64,000 nucleotides of DNA, taken from assembly GCA_964016885.1 (NCBI GenBank), contig OZ024743.1:158038001-158102000 (forward strand), in the 5' to 3' direction. The notes below the pieces were generated by a model. It ran no database searches, was not told the origin of the DNA, and worked only from the letters and a program-made list of their open reading frames with translations. A program made the position numbers and the translations under genes. This document shows, one piece after another, positions 39,252-51,779 of this stretch (positions are counted from its first letter, which is position 1; every line of letters starts with the position of its first letter). Source of the stretch: Eledone cirrhosa (lineage: Eukaryota).

Positions 39252-41819
39252 CTACATGTTCTGGAGAAGTCCATATAGCTTGAGGAAGGTCCCGGCCCTG
39301 AAGTGTCTGCATGTCCCGAAGAAGTCGGTTCTGAGGTTTATCAGGCGGCTTCCACCTCTTAGTATCTCGAGGGTCTCGTTCAGACATAGTTTGCATATGT
39401 CAGATCCCCCTTTATCGGGTGGTACTTTCCTGATTATGGACCAGGCCAGAGAGTACGGGGTCCTGTCTAGCTTAAGCTTCCAGATCAGGTCGGAAAGAGC
39501 CGCACTTTTCCTTTTGACCTCCTCATTGAAGGAATGGCGATGGTTTTACCAACGGTCTTTAAAGCTCGTTGATCTGGCTCCTGTGTAGAGGTGTTCGGAG
39601 TTGGGGGTTTTAACCCTACATCCGTATATTAGGTTCTTCTTAAGGCATTCATTACTAAGGGGGCATGATTCGGGGTTTCTGCTGTTGCAGAGGGTGGTCG
39701 ACCTCTGCGTGCCTAGTGTGGGGTTTCCGTTACGTGTTACATGGTGATCTTCCCCCGGGCCCGGTGGGGGTCCCCGTGTCTGTTTGAGTTTCTTGGGTGG
39801 GCACTGGGTCCCCCCTTCCCTCCTCCCACATGGTTCTGCTGGGTGCTTATATTGCCATCTTCTGGTTGTGTGTGGTTTTTAAGCCTACTCCTGTTGATGC
39901 TAGCTATGTGTTGGGCCAGATTTCTCGTGGTGGAATACGAGAGCTTCACAGTGTGTCTGTTGAAGATCTTGTGGTATCTATGGTCCCTCGGGAAGCATTT
40001 ATCAAGTGCTCCAAAGAATGATCGGGCCAAGCTGTTCTTTAGAGCCGCTAAGTAGGGTGGGTTGTACCACGTGATTGTTCTGCGTCTACTCCTATATGGG
40101 TGGGTTGGGGGCGTCGTCAGTTGTTGGAGAGTTGTTGGGTTGCTGGTGGTTCCCGCATTGTTGCTTCCCCTTTGGGCGCTATGCGTTTTGCTATCTTCAC
40201 GGCACGAATCTGTGGGGTGGTCCCCCCCCCCCCCCGACGTGTTGGGGTCGTCGGGCCCTGGTGGTTAGCATCACCCCTGAGACTGCTACTCATATTGGGT
40301 TTCTTCTCATGGTTAAGTGTACTCGTCACCATCGCCAGTGTGGTGGTGTCGGGCTCATGGTGCTTATTTGTTTCTGTTCTGCCTTTATTGTTAGGGTTCG
40401 CCCCCTCCCGGAAAAGCGGGTGTGGGTGTCCGTTGGGCCATCCCCATCCCGGCGTCTCGGACTATATGTTATATTTTGGTCATGTGCCGCCTTATTTAGA
40501 GCTGTGTTGTAATATTCCGCGTTGTTATCGAAGATTTCCTTATTTGCGGACAGGCTGAAGATCCTGTCCGAGACACTCTTCACCATGGCCTTGGTTATGG
40601 ATCTAGGGTTGTTTGACTTGGCGTTAACATACACAAGTTTCTCGTTGGGCTTGTGATAGGGGTAGTATTGTTCGGTGTTCAGGTTTAGGGTGGTGTCTAG
40701 GAAGTTAACTACCTTTCTATTTGGGTCTAGTTCGATACTGAGCTCCTGGTTCTTAAAGAAATGGCGAATACGCCTCCTCATTCCATCCAACATAGTGGTG
40801 CCATGGTCATATACTGTGAAGAGAGCATCGTCACGATATAATCCGTCGCCCAGGCAGGGGATTTCATCTTTTATCTGCTTCAGCAGGAAGAGCCCAACCA
40901 GGTCCCTTACCTGTGCTGAGTCGCTGGAGCCCATCGTGATGTCAAAGTTATTTGGCCAATCACTCCTGGTCCAAAGGTCTCCATCGAAGCAGATTAAGGT
41001 CTTTCTTGCGGCGTGGATGATGCTCACCTCATCTCGGGTTAGGTCCGTATTGGACATCGCTAAAAATAGGGCCTTATTGAGTACTATGGGTGAGATTGAG
41101 GAGTAGTAGCCTGCGATATCCAGTTGGATAAAGCTGGTCTTACTTTTCTCATGTAGTATCTTAAACCAATCTATTACCTCTCCCGTGCATGACCATTGCT
41201 GTAATCTAGTTTTTTTTTTCCGAAGCTTGGGCAAAATCCTATCTAGTATTCTTTTACTGACGATCCCTAGGTCAGATCTGGAGGGGGCTATTAGTCTGAC
41301 AGGGAGGTCGGACTCAAAGTTTGGCTTGTGATCTTTAAAGGTAATCCGCGGATCCCTTGGTTGGTATTGGGCCGTCCTGTCCTTTATGCCGAGTCCAGAT
41401 ATAATCCTGTAAGCTGTGGCATGGACCTCATCCAGGGTAAATCCAGGTGTTTTTGTGTAGCACTTCCTCAGTTCCCTGAGAATTATCTTATTAAACAGTT
41501 CAGTGTCCATGTTGTAAAGGTTGTTGTTGGTTTTGTCAGCATGGAAAAATATTCCAGTTGTCTTTTTAAGTACTGTAATTCGGTTTCTCAGGTGTCTGGG
41601 GTACTCCTGACTTCTGGGTGGGTTTCCGGAGAATTTGAGGTTGGAGATAATGTTAATCCTCTCGTTTTCAAACTCCTCCATTAGTCTGTTGTGGGCGGGA
41701 TTCCTCCTTGATCGAAAAAGGTACGAGGGAGTCCGTACTCCTGATGAGATCACTGGTGTATTCTCGTTTGCCAGGTAGGGGATGTCCTTCAGTGACGCTA
41801 AGGTTGCCAGTTTTTCCAT
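39252..41819 (-). pseudogene. PLE RT-GIY-YIG ORF, disrupted
   Basis: RT ORF 41819-40326, frameshifted linker (WYNPPY, KIFNRHTVKLSYS), then CNSRNPESCPLSNECLKKNLIY...LYTG...FKDRW*NH...CKLCLNE...GTCRH. One in-frame stop near 39547. Confidence 0.88.
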
Positions 41820-42513
41820 AGTGACTTAAGTCCGCTACTGTTTGAAGCGCTCAACCCGTGGAGGAGCTAGATACATTTTGAGTATATGTTGGTTGTATAC
41901 CAACACCTCAGTATGCGGATTGGAGCACTCGACGAAGAGCGCAGGTTGGTTTGGTTACTCCGGAGTAGTGTAAAATAAAATAAATAAGTCAAATGTTTAA
42001 AATAACAACAGGGAGCCCCACCCCAGAAAGAATTTCTATAGACTTTTGACTAAGGAATGCCCTCAAAACTGACCAATGGGAGGAGTGACCTTACAAATCT
42101 TTCTAAAATTGAGATTGGGTATAACACACACACATTTTATTTGATTATTTTATTTTGTTCCTTTACCATCTTATTCCTTCTACCACTTTATCATTTTTTT
42201 TAGCTGACTCCAACACCAACACTACTACCAACATAAGAGTAGAGGTCAGATATACTTAACAATAACAAGAACAACCACTACAGATTGCCTCGCCTCAGAA
42301 CGAATTTCTATAGACTTTTGACTGAGGAATGTTCTCACAACTGACCAATGAGAGGAGAGGATGTCCTTTGACGCTGAAATTCGTTTATTTAAATTCATAT
42401 GATTCCAGTTCCTCAGTGAAACAACAACCCAACCAGGAAGTGGGCATATCAGAGTATTGACATAGTTAAACACCTCAACAACATGTGTACTGGTCTCTAC
42501 CACACTAATTCGG

Positions 42514-42568
42514 ACTGCCTGAAGAGGTCACAGTCAAAGATGGGTGTCACCGAAATATATATAGCAGT
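42514..42568 (+). ncRNA. Type I hammerhead ribozyme in the inverted pLTR
   Basis: ACUGC-CUGAAGA-GGU..ACC-GAAA-UAUAUA-UA-GCAGU. Confidence 0.8.
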
Positions 42569-42605
42569 AATAAAAGAAGCCAAATTTTAAACATTTGACT
42601 TATTT

Positions 42606-42676
<71 letters not shown>

Positions 42677-42687
42677 TATATGTATAT

Positions 42688-42889
42688 ATAGGAAAAAGTA
42701 TGACCCCCGACGGCAGAGCTCAAGCCGTTTCGACGGCTATGTCTGGACTAGGAGTCCAGAACTAGCCGTCGAAACGGCTTGAGCTCTGCCGTCGGGGTCA
42801 TACTTTTTCCTATTACCCACTCTACTACCCCAAGTATTGAGTACTCTGGTGCGTTATGGTCCATCTGGTTCCTTACCACAACTCCTTCG

Positions 42890-42892
<3 letters not shown>
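42688..42892 (+). mobile_element. Second copy of the helix-II fold-back element
   Basis: Inverted repeat 42688-42813 plus an 80-bp tail. Same end points as 15203-15395, longer central loop. Confidence 0.8.
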
Positions 42893-42929
<37 letters not shown>

Positions 42930-43749
42930 TGTGTTGGAAGATAGACGTTAAACGATGATGATGATGATGATGTAAAATGTAAACGGAAATAACAACATAA
43001 TCGGTACAGTATATGGAAGGAATATATTAGGTTAATGCTTGGAATAGCAGGAAGAGCGTCTTAAAATTTTGGACGCCAGTCGTTCATCAGAAGAAAGAAT
43101 GAGAAATTAGATATATACTAATTTAAGTTATTACAACATATCTAAAATGTATGATGCATATGTTTCTCAATAGAAAAGCTCAGAGCATCAATAATTCAAA
43201 TTAAAAGATATATGCATAGAAAGAGAAAGAAAGAGCCATATATCGTTTGAGAAACACATAGTATTTTGTACATATATAAAGCACATAATATTTAGGAAAC
43301 ATACATACTTCAAGGGGGAAAAGTTCTTTCCTTATGGTACCATTTCATGATTCGAAAACCATAACAAACTTTGATCTAAGCAATTGATCATTGATCACCA
43401 ACTATTGATTTTGGTAAAGCTACAGGAGATGGAAATCAATCATCAAAGGAATTCTACTTTTAAGTTGAACCAAAACATCTTCATATGCAAATGTGGTTAA
43501 TCAGCCCACCTACACAAGCATAAATACTATATATTCTCACATGTACTCAAGTTTCAGCAGAAAGCAGCAGAGGGTGCGGCACTGTCCTGGTGAGATCCAT
43601 TAGCTTGAAATAAGTATAGGCAGTTATCCTCCGCTGCTTCTGCTGGAAATCACTATACGGTGCTGGCCGTCAGCCTTTCAATATCCATAGCTTGGCTTTC
43701 AAAATGTTTATTTATTAAACATACCATATATCTTTAGATATACAAAATT

Positions 43750-43832
<83 letters not shown>

Positions 43833-44369
43833 ATATGTATGTGTGTGTGTGTATATGTGTATACATGCATGTGCATATGTAATACGGCAGGCTATACACA
43901 AACATATGTCTATATAAGTATATGTGCGTAGGGGCCGAAAATATTGTGGTATCTTAATTGTTTCTTAATTGAATCTTAATAACACAGAATAAACACACCA
44001 GAATTTATTGAGGTCAGACAAACCGTTGACCCAATTCCAGGTGCTGCCAGTAATCTCTCAGATAGCCACACTGACCTATCAACAGGAACCAGTCAATGAA
44101 CACCATGGCATACGCCCCATCTTCAAAGGAATAATGTTTCTCTCAACGGAAAGATCAGTCACATATACCATGCTTCCTTTCTCTCTCTCTCCTTTTTTTT
44201 TAATCTCTTCCTACACTCTTTCTATTACTGCCGCTCACACCAATCAAATTCAATGTTCTTATCCTCAGTTAGCCAATTCTCCTACCTGCCATTTGCTCAA
44301 CCCTCAGCTTCAGGCTATGCCAGCTAGAAACCCTGATAAGTAAACTGAACCTGATTGATGCTCTCCCAG

Positions 44370-45415
44370 CACTCTTTCTGTTGGGGAACTGCATCGCCAT
44401 GACGAAGCTCCTATACACCTTCCACATTGCACCCTGCTACAGCCAAGAATCTCTCCTCAACCAGCACTGTCTGGCATGTTTTTGCTTGGCCTCCCAATTC
44501 TACATTGGTGCCTGGCTCACCACAGTTCCATCACTCATAACTGGTTCTCAGATCACCTTTCAGAACCATTCAACATCATGCACTCAGTCTGCCAAGGTTG
44601 TCCCCTCTCATCTCTTTTGTATGTATTGACTCTTAAGCTCACAAAATTTAAACTTTCAGACGCATCCCATTGCAAACAGCATATGCAGACAACGTCACTG
44701 TAGTGATGTCGAACACCAAGCACATTGAGGCGATCAACACTACTCTAAGAGAATACGACACTGTGACAGGAGCAATGATTAACCAGGAAAAGTCAGTAGG
44801 CCTGTGGCTCGGCACCTGGAGAAGTAGGTCCATGCTGTCCAAGAGTGTCATCAGACACTGGACAGACGGACTGATTAAATTGCTTGCGGTCTGGTTCGGT
44901 CCAGACCTCAAGATGGACAAAAACTGGGTCAAAGTGACGAGCAGCCTGACCATCGTGCCTTGTCTTAAGCCTCACCTGACTGCACTGAAGTGTTTGCTCC
45001 TTCGGTTTTTGTAGAAGGGATGCATTCTGATGGACAGGCGGTCCATCTGCTGTCAACACCCGTTGCATGGAGGACTGGGTATGTTGCGGCCGATTATGTG
45101 CAGACATGCGCTGAGGCTACAACATCGCCAGACCTTTTTCGATGGTGAACAGGTGTGGTCGTCTTTTGCTAGGCACGTTTTTTTGCCAGCTTGTTTCTTT
45201 GACAGAGCTGCAATCCTGAGTCAAGCGGAGACCGAGAGGGAGCAATTGGAAACTGGAATGTCTTCAAGTGGTCACTGCCATTTACCAACCGGGCACTGAG
45301 ATTGGTGGAAATTCCACCTTGGCATTCTAAAGAGGATTAGTGGAGAGCAAGAACAACAATGTCCTTTGGGAAACTCTAGTTGTTGACAAAAGCCAACTAG
45401 CTATTCTCTTCCAGA
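44370..45415 (+). mobile_element. Degenerate Tx1/L1-clade RT fragment
   Basis: SVCQGCPLSSLLYVL, AYADNVTV, GGLGM motifs with frameshifts. Confidence 0.8.
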
Positions 45416-45489
45416 CAGATAGATAGACAGTCAGACAGATAGATAGATAGATTGATAGTTAGCTAGGTAAATATATAGATATATAGATA

Positions 45490-46472
45490 TCTTTCTTTAT
45501 TTGCCACAGGGGCGTACAAAAATGGGACATTACAAGACGTGACGGCGGGGGTTTTACATAAAATCTTTAACAATGATAAATAACAAACTATATAAAAATA
45601 AAACAATTGAAATCCCAATTAGGGCGGGGGGGTAACGCTACTGCGGGGTTGTTTTACACCCCATGGATAGAACAACCCTCAACACCAGGAACACGTTTTG
45701 TAGGTGTTCCTGTCTTCCCTCTGTTTATCTTACTCAACCTGCAGGTTTATATACAGAGCAGGCCCATTCACTCGGGCCATTTTTGCCACATTCACCCACC
45801 TTTCAGCGAATTTATTGGGGTGTAGCACCTCTCCCTCCACTCTCACCTTCCTTCTGAAGTGGTACTTAAAGAAGAGAATGAGTTGTTGTCCGTAGAGAAA
45901 GGTGCTTGCCCTCAGTCCTTTTAACCTCATCCACCATATTACCTCTTTCGCCATAGCCACCAGACAGAGGAAGACCGCCTCTCCTTCATTCTTAAATGAA
46001 GGCGGCGGGGTTATCCTCACGATGGACTCGGCTGACAACTGGATGCGTCCTACACGTGACAGTAGCTGTTCGACATAATTCCACAGGTCGGTCACCCCTG
46101 GGCACTGAACAATTGCGTGCAGAACGGTTTTGATGTCCTGCTCGTATATTGGATAGGTCCTTTTGATAGGATCTCTGTCATGGCGTCCGTGCCTGTAGAT
46201 TTTGTCTCGAGCTGGTAGAGCTCCTCGGTAGCACTGCCAGGCCAGAGACCTCTGGAAGTTATCCATAGGCCTTGGACGGAAAGTCCTCCCGAACAGACTG
46301 GTCAGTTCATCTTCCTCGATGACTAGAGTTTCCCCGAGAACGTCGTCGCATTTATCCTCCACTAATCCCCTATAGAATGTCGAAGTGGAGTCTCCGCTGA
46401 TTGCCGTTTCCGCTTGGAAGAGGGCTGTGAGCACTGCCTGAAGGCACTCGAGGTGCCAGGCGCCCATTTTCG
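45490..46472 (-). mobile_element. Tx1/L1-clade 3' fragment (zf-RVT region and 3'UTR)
   Basis: ORF 45730-46467 (LAWQCYRGALPARDKIYRHG...TVLHAIVQCP). Flanked by (TAGA)n-like arrays. Confidence 0.8.
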
Positions 46473-47021
46473 ATAGATAGATAGATAGATTTAAATCAAC
46501 TGATAGATAGCTAAACGAAATTATAGACTTCGATATGTTTGCTTATGTTTGATGACAAATTTGGCATTATCACAACTGTTGAAAATGTTCTCCATTCTCG
46601 CCAACATAAAGAAGTAATAAAAACAAATACAAACGCATGTTAATACAAAAATCATATATAAAATCATTATAAGTATGCTTGAAATATGGATGTATGAAAC
46701 TTGGAATATATCCGAATTGACAAGATGTTGCTGTCATTATTTTCATATATTTTTGGGGAAGAACAGATAATGGCTTTGAAAACTTTCTAATATATCATCT
46801 CTTTTGTTCCTGTTTCAGTTACTTTATTGAGTTCTTTTTCTTTCTTTTTTTTCCATTTGCATATATGTAGTATATAGCATAATGGTACATAGAGAAATAT
46901 ATGTAAAGTATATATAGCATCATCATCATCATTTTACCCAACTTATTTAACTATTTTAGAGTTCATGTGCAACTTTTCATAAATAAAAGCAAACAGATTT
47001 GTGTCTGTGGTTCTGCATGTC

Positions 47022-47056
<35 letters not shown>

Positions 47057-47098
47057 GATGATGATGATGATGATATATCTATATCTATATATATATAT

Positions 47099-47364
47099 CA
47101 TCATCATCATCATCACCGTTTTACGTCCGTTCTTCCACGCTAGAATGGGTTAGACGGATTGTCCTGTTGTGGGCAGTGTCCAGTTGGCTGACCTTGTCTT
47201 GCTCATACTGATTCTGGTTTGATTTCTACAGCTGGATGCCCTTCCTAACACCAACCTCATTTACAGTGAGTGCTGGGTGCTTTTTCCGTGGCGCCTACAC
47301 GTCCACTTTACAGTGTGGGCTGGGTGCTTTTTTGCCGTGGCACCTCCACGACCACTTTGCAGTG
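47099..47364 (-). mobile_element. RTE 3' end fragment
   Basis: (CAT)n tail plus RTE 3'UTR. Confidence 0.85.
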
Positions 47365-50300
47365 TCATAGGCTATTTTATTTTTCCGGACATCGATTGTG
47401 GGGCTCCCCAGGGGCAGATAACCCCTTAAGCCTCTCGCTTGGAGTCAGCAGTACTACTGCATAAAGGCCCCATAATTCCTGCAGTTTGCCTCCTATCTTC
47501 ACCAAAATTAATCTTTTGTTTAAATTTTCAGGCATGCACTTACTCAGAAATTCAGGTAGGTGACCCCTTGAGGGGCAGTAAACCGACTTGATGAATGTTG
47601 AAGTTGATATCATCAATGCAACAAAACGTCATAACTGCTTGAGTTGGTGTTTGGTTTTCATGAAGCGAGACGTATAAGTTACCGATGGTGAACACATGAA
47701 CTTTTACTTGAACTTATCAAGGGGACCCGGGGGGGGGGGGGCAGTGAGCCCCTTCGACTTATCTATTGAAGTTCACATTAACACTGTATTAGTACCTGAT
47801 AACTTTTGAAGTTTACGTTCGATTTTAACTTTACCGGACACATTGGTTACCCATTGCCTAAAGATGATGTTGAAGATACTGTCTATACCTGGTTCAAGCA
47901 AGGGGACCCCAGGGGGCAGTAAGCCCCGGCAAGTAATTTATTGAACTTAGCTATTGTAATGCAGCAAAGCATCATAGCTTCAATAATTGGTAGGCCAATA
48001 AAACAAATTTCGACTTAGTTGTTATTCATGTACTACAGATGAAGATACAGTGAGGCACATTTACTTTCATTTCAATTCAGCAAGAGGACCCCCTCAGGGA
48101 CAATGAGCCCAATTCATTAACCTATAAAAGCTTAAACTGCCACAATAAAAAAGCACCATAACCTCAGGAGTTTATACTTGATTCTTACAAAAATTAAACG
48201 AAATGGTTATTGCCTGCCATAAGATAAAGCACCACACATTCGTTATCACTTGAATTTTGCAAGGAACCCCCTAGGGAGGGCAGTGAGCCCCCTTGGACCA
48301 CTTTTAAAGTTCATATTATGGTTGCAGCAAAGCATTTCAACTTCTGGAAATAAAAATCAATTTAAACGAAAGTTGACGCATCGGTTACTCATGTCCTACA
48401 AATGGAGTAGCGAATTTTTAAATCCCCCTGACTTAACTTTAATTTGTTTAGTTAACTTTAGGATGATTGAATTTAATTTTGCACCCGGTTGTCTCCCCCG
48501 TGTTTTGCACCACAATTAAGTGCGGAATGGGAAGTTAAATTTTTTTCCTTGAACTTTGGCGTCATTTCACACTCCTAACCAAGAAAGCGCAATTTAACCC
48601 AGGTGTAAATTTTAACACCCACTGTATGTGGATCGTGGTATTTCACACTCATGCCTAAACTGTGCGAATGATTGATTAGTGTTTGCACCCGGTTGTCTCC
48701 CCTGTTTAATTGCACCTCAATTAAGTGCGAAATGGCGACCTCTGGCCAACCACACATCAGTGAGTTGTGTTCAGTAGATTTCATCACACTTATTTGTATT
48801 ATCTAACCAATCAGACAACTCGAGTGTTGTTCATTGAGCGAAATTACTCCTATTTATATCGGTCAAGTCCGACCTAGGATCACACTTCTTTTTTTGCTTT
48901 TGACAAGTGGTAGGTTTTTTTTACATGCGTACTCTCATAAGCTACCACATGTTTCTGAAATGCATGCTTCTTCAACATTTGTCACCTTAAACAAGGTTTA
49001 GTTAATGTGTTTATGGTCATAAGGTTCCAGTTTATCATGCTGTGATTTTTCGGCCATTTTTGCGTGTATCCTTTCAATGGTTAGTACTTACTTATTGCTA
49101 TGTTTAAACTGAACAAACATACTGACACTTATATACCTACCACTGTAGCCACACTATTTAATTTCCTTTATCACAGGTAGACCGTACGCTGCGTTGCCCC
49201 TAACTTAAAACCTGAAATTTGACTGGTACACAAAATCTTGCAAAACATACCCACTTTCTCAGACCACATAGATTTATCACATTTTTTCACAATTTATATC
49301 CGTGTTTAGATTTGTTTACTTAAACGTTATTTGTCCACTATTTATCGTTCTCCCTGGTTAATTTTCTAAAAACAATGTCCCCCAAGAAAAGAACTTTCAT
49401 TGGTCGATTATCTAATGATGCAAGTAGGTCTAAGCGAAGGCGTCTCACCGAAGATGTAAATGTGACTGCGATCAGGCTCTCACAGAATGCTGTGCAGACG
49501 GCAGCTGCAAGAGTGGACGAGGATGACTGACAGTGTGAACTTTGACGGAACAAAGATGCTGCTGCGACTGGTGCTACTCGCGCTGAAGAAGATGAAGGAT
49601 GACATGCCGTTCGATGAAGCAGGGACGCCACTACAACAGCCGTTGCTCACGCGCGAGAGGATGAAGGACGACACGCCGTTCGACAAAGCAGGGATGCCAC
49701 TGCAACAGCCACTGCTCGCGCTCGAGAGGATGAAGGACGACACGCCATTTGACGTAGCAGGGATGCCGCTGCCACTGCTGCTGCACGAAATACTGAAACC
49801 ATAGAGCAATGACGTGGCCAACTTCTGCAAAGTGAACAGCGGCGATCATCGTTACGTGGCATTTCTAGGACTTGCAATTCACGATGGTTGTTGAAGGCCT
49901 TTTACTACGACCCCTCCTCCAACTACGCCATCCATGCAGATATTCAAATTAGGGAAATTACCTATGTTTGCCAGTTTTGTCGTACAAAAAAGTGACCAGG
50001 AGAGAGAGATGGAATGTGCTGTTCAAACGGTAAAGTTAGACTACCTTCTATTCACGACCCTCCAGAGACATTGCAACTCTCTTTGACAGACACGACAGAG
50101 GAATCATCAAAGTTCTGAGTAATATCCGCCGCTACAATTCCGCGTTTCAGATGACACCCTTCGGAGCAAAGCTTGCCTCGGAACGTGGGTTCATGCCAAC
50201 TTTCAAGATTCAGGGGCAGATCTATCACTTGATTGGGTCTATTCAACCTCTGGCAGAAAAGGATCCTCAACCTCTTCAGTTATACTTCGTCTGAAACTAT

Positions 50301-51002
50301 CAGGAGCAGGCAGAGATGCAAAACTCTATTTTGTCCGAAACTAACATTGAAACCATAATAAAACTTCAAGAAATGCTTCATGACATAAACAGCTATGTTC
50401 GCAGTTTCAAGTACGCTTTGGAAACAGCCACTGACCCAAACTTGATTGTGGTCATACATGCTAACCCAAAGCCATCTGGAGAACACGCTGGTCGGTTCAA
50501 CGCACCAACATGTAATGAGATTGCTGCGGTTATTTGTGACAAGAGAGATATCATTCTAAAGCACCGAGACAGCACATTACAGCGTATCAATGAGACACAC
50601 AGGTCCTACGATGCACTCCAGTATCCATTGCTATTTGTCAACGGCGAGGACGGATGCCATTTCGGCATTCCTCAACATTCAGCAGGCAATGGTGAGGCAT
50701 ATCTTAGCAAAACTGTCACCTGCATGGATTTCTACGCTTTCCGATTTATGGTAAGGGACAATTCATTCAACCATCTACACCGTTCTTGGGACCTTTTCCA
50801 ACTTTAAATTGTTACCATCGGATTTGTCTTTGCTGGCAGCACCGCCGCAGAGATATTTCAAAGTGAACGTTCAAAGGCCCTCTTTAGGTCCAACACCTAT
50901 AAATTGTTACTTCTATAGTCGTGTTTAACGGAAGTATTTCAAATAATTTGAATGACTACTCCATTGAGACTTATACCAGGCAACGCCGGGTACCTCTGCT
51001 AG
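47365..51002 (+). mobile_element. Internally deleted Helitron (5' boundary uncertain)
   Basis: Decayed RepHel N-terminus 49375-50807 (CQFC..GMCCSNGKV, NIRRYNSAFQMT, FKIQGQIYH, HAGRFNAPT, HRSYDALQYPLLF). 3' end ccaggcaacgccggg hairpin followed by CTAG|T at 50999-51003. Confidence 0.85.
49375..50807 (+). pseudogene. Helitron RepHel N-terminal region with 23-aa repeats
   Basis: MSPKKRTFIGR..., about four 69-bp repeats at 49510-49800 (EDEGRHAVRQSRDATATATARAR), several stops. Rep catalytic and helicase domains are absent. Confidence 0.8.
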
Positions 51003-51019
51003 TATAATATATATATGCG

Positions 51020-51215
51020 CCATGGTAACAAGCACCCAGTACTCACTGTAAATGAGGTTGGTGTTAGGTAGGGCATCCAGCTGAAGAAACCAAGCCAAAA
51101 GCAGTTCTGTAGGAGAAAGACATGGTCACCTGACCTGGCATTGCCCGCAACAAAACAACCTATCTAAACATGTTAGCATGGAAGACGGACTTAAAACGGT
51201 GATGATGATGATGAA
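51020..51215 (+). mobile_element. RTE 3' end fragment
   Basis: gggcatccagctg... with (GAT)n tail. Confidence 0.8.
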
Positions 51216-51779
51216 GGGTGGGCTGGAAATATTCTTATAAAGTTTTAATGTGGCAAAAAACAGACCATCTCCAAATAAGACACATATCAATGCTAAGCAT
51301 TATGGGTTTGGTAGGTGCGACCAAAGGGCGTGGGGTTGTGTAGTGGCAACAGAAATTCTGCTGTTCATAGATAATGCCATGCGCAGTTAGTGAGAACCAA
51401 ACAGTCAGCTGCTACAAAGGTTAGAGGTACTAAACTCTGTCATTAGACCCTTGCTGAAAAGCAGCATAGCGTGACAATGAAGAAAATTAAAGGAGATATG
51501 TGCTATAGAAGTATGAAGGATTATAAAAATCATAAAATTTATAAAAAGTTATAAATGTTACTTTATGAATGTTACTTTAAATAAATGAAGAAAAATGAAT
51601 TACGAAAAATACATTAAGAAAAAATCAATTAAGAAGAAATATAAATATAAATATAAGTATTATATAGTAATTATAATGTCAGTGTTTTGTTAAAAATAAT
51701 TGATTAATGATACGTAATCTAGTTCACACTTATACGTGAGTGTTTGTGTTGTGAAAGAAAAGGAAATGTGGTATGGCGC

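Larger units (their letters stand above)
38398..42612 (-). mobile_element. Penelope-like element with 3' pLTR, truncated direct 5' pLTR and inverted pLTR
   Basis: RT (GLYRDD, VNFLDTTLNL, PYHKPN) and GIY-YIG domain. 41875-41998 directly repeats 38398-38521; about 42110-42612 is an inverted copy of about 38495-39005. (TA)n at both ends. Confidence 0.93.
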
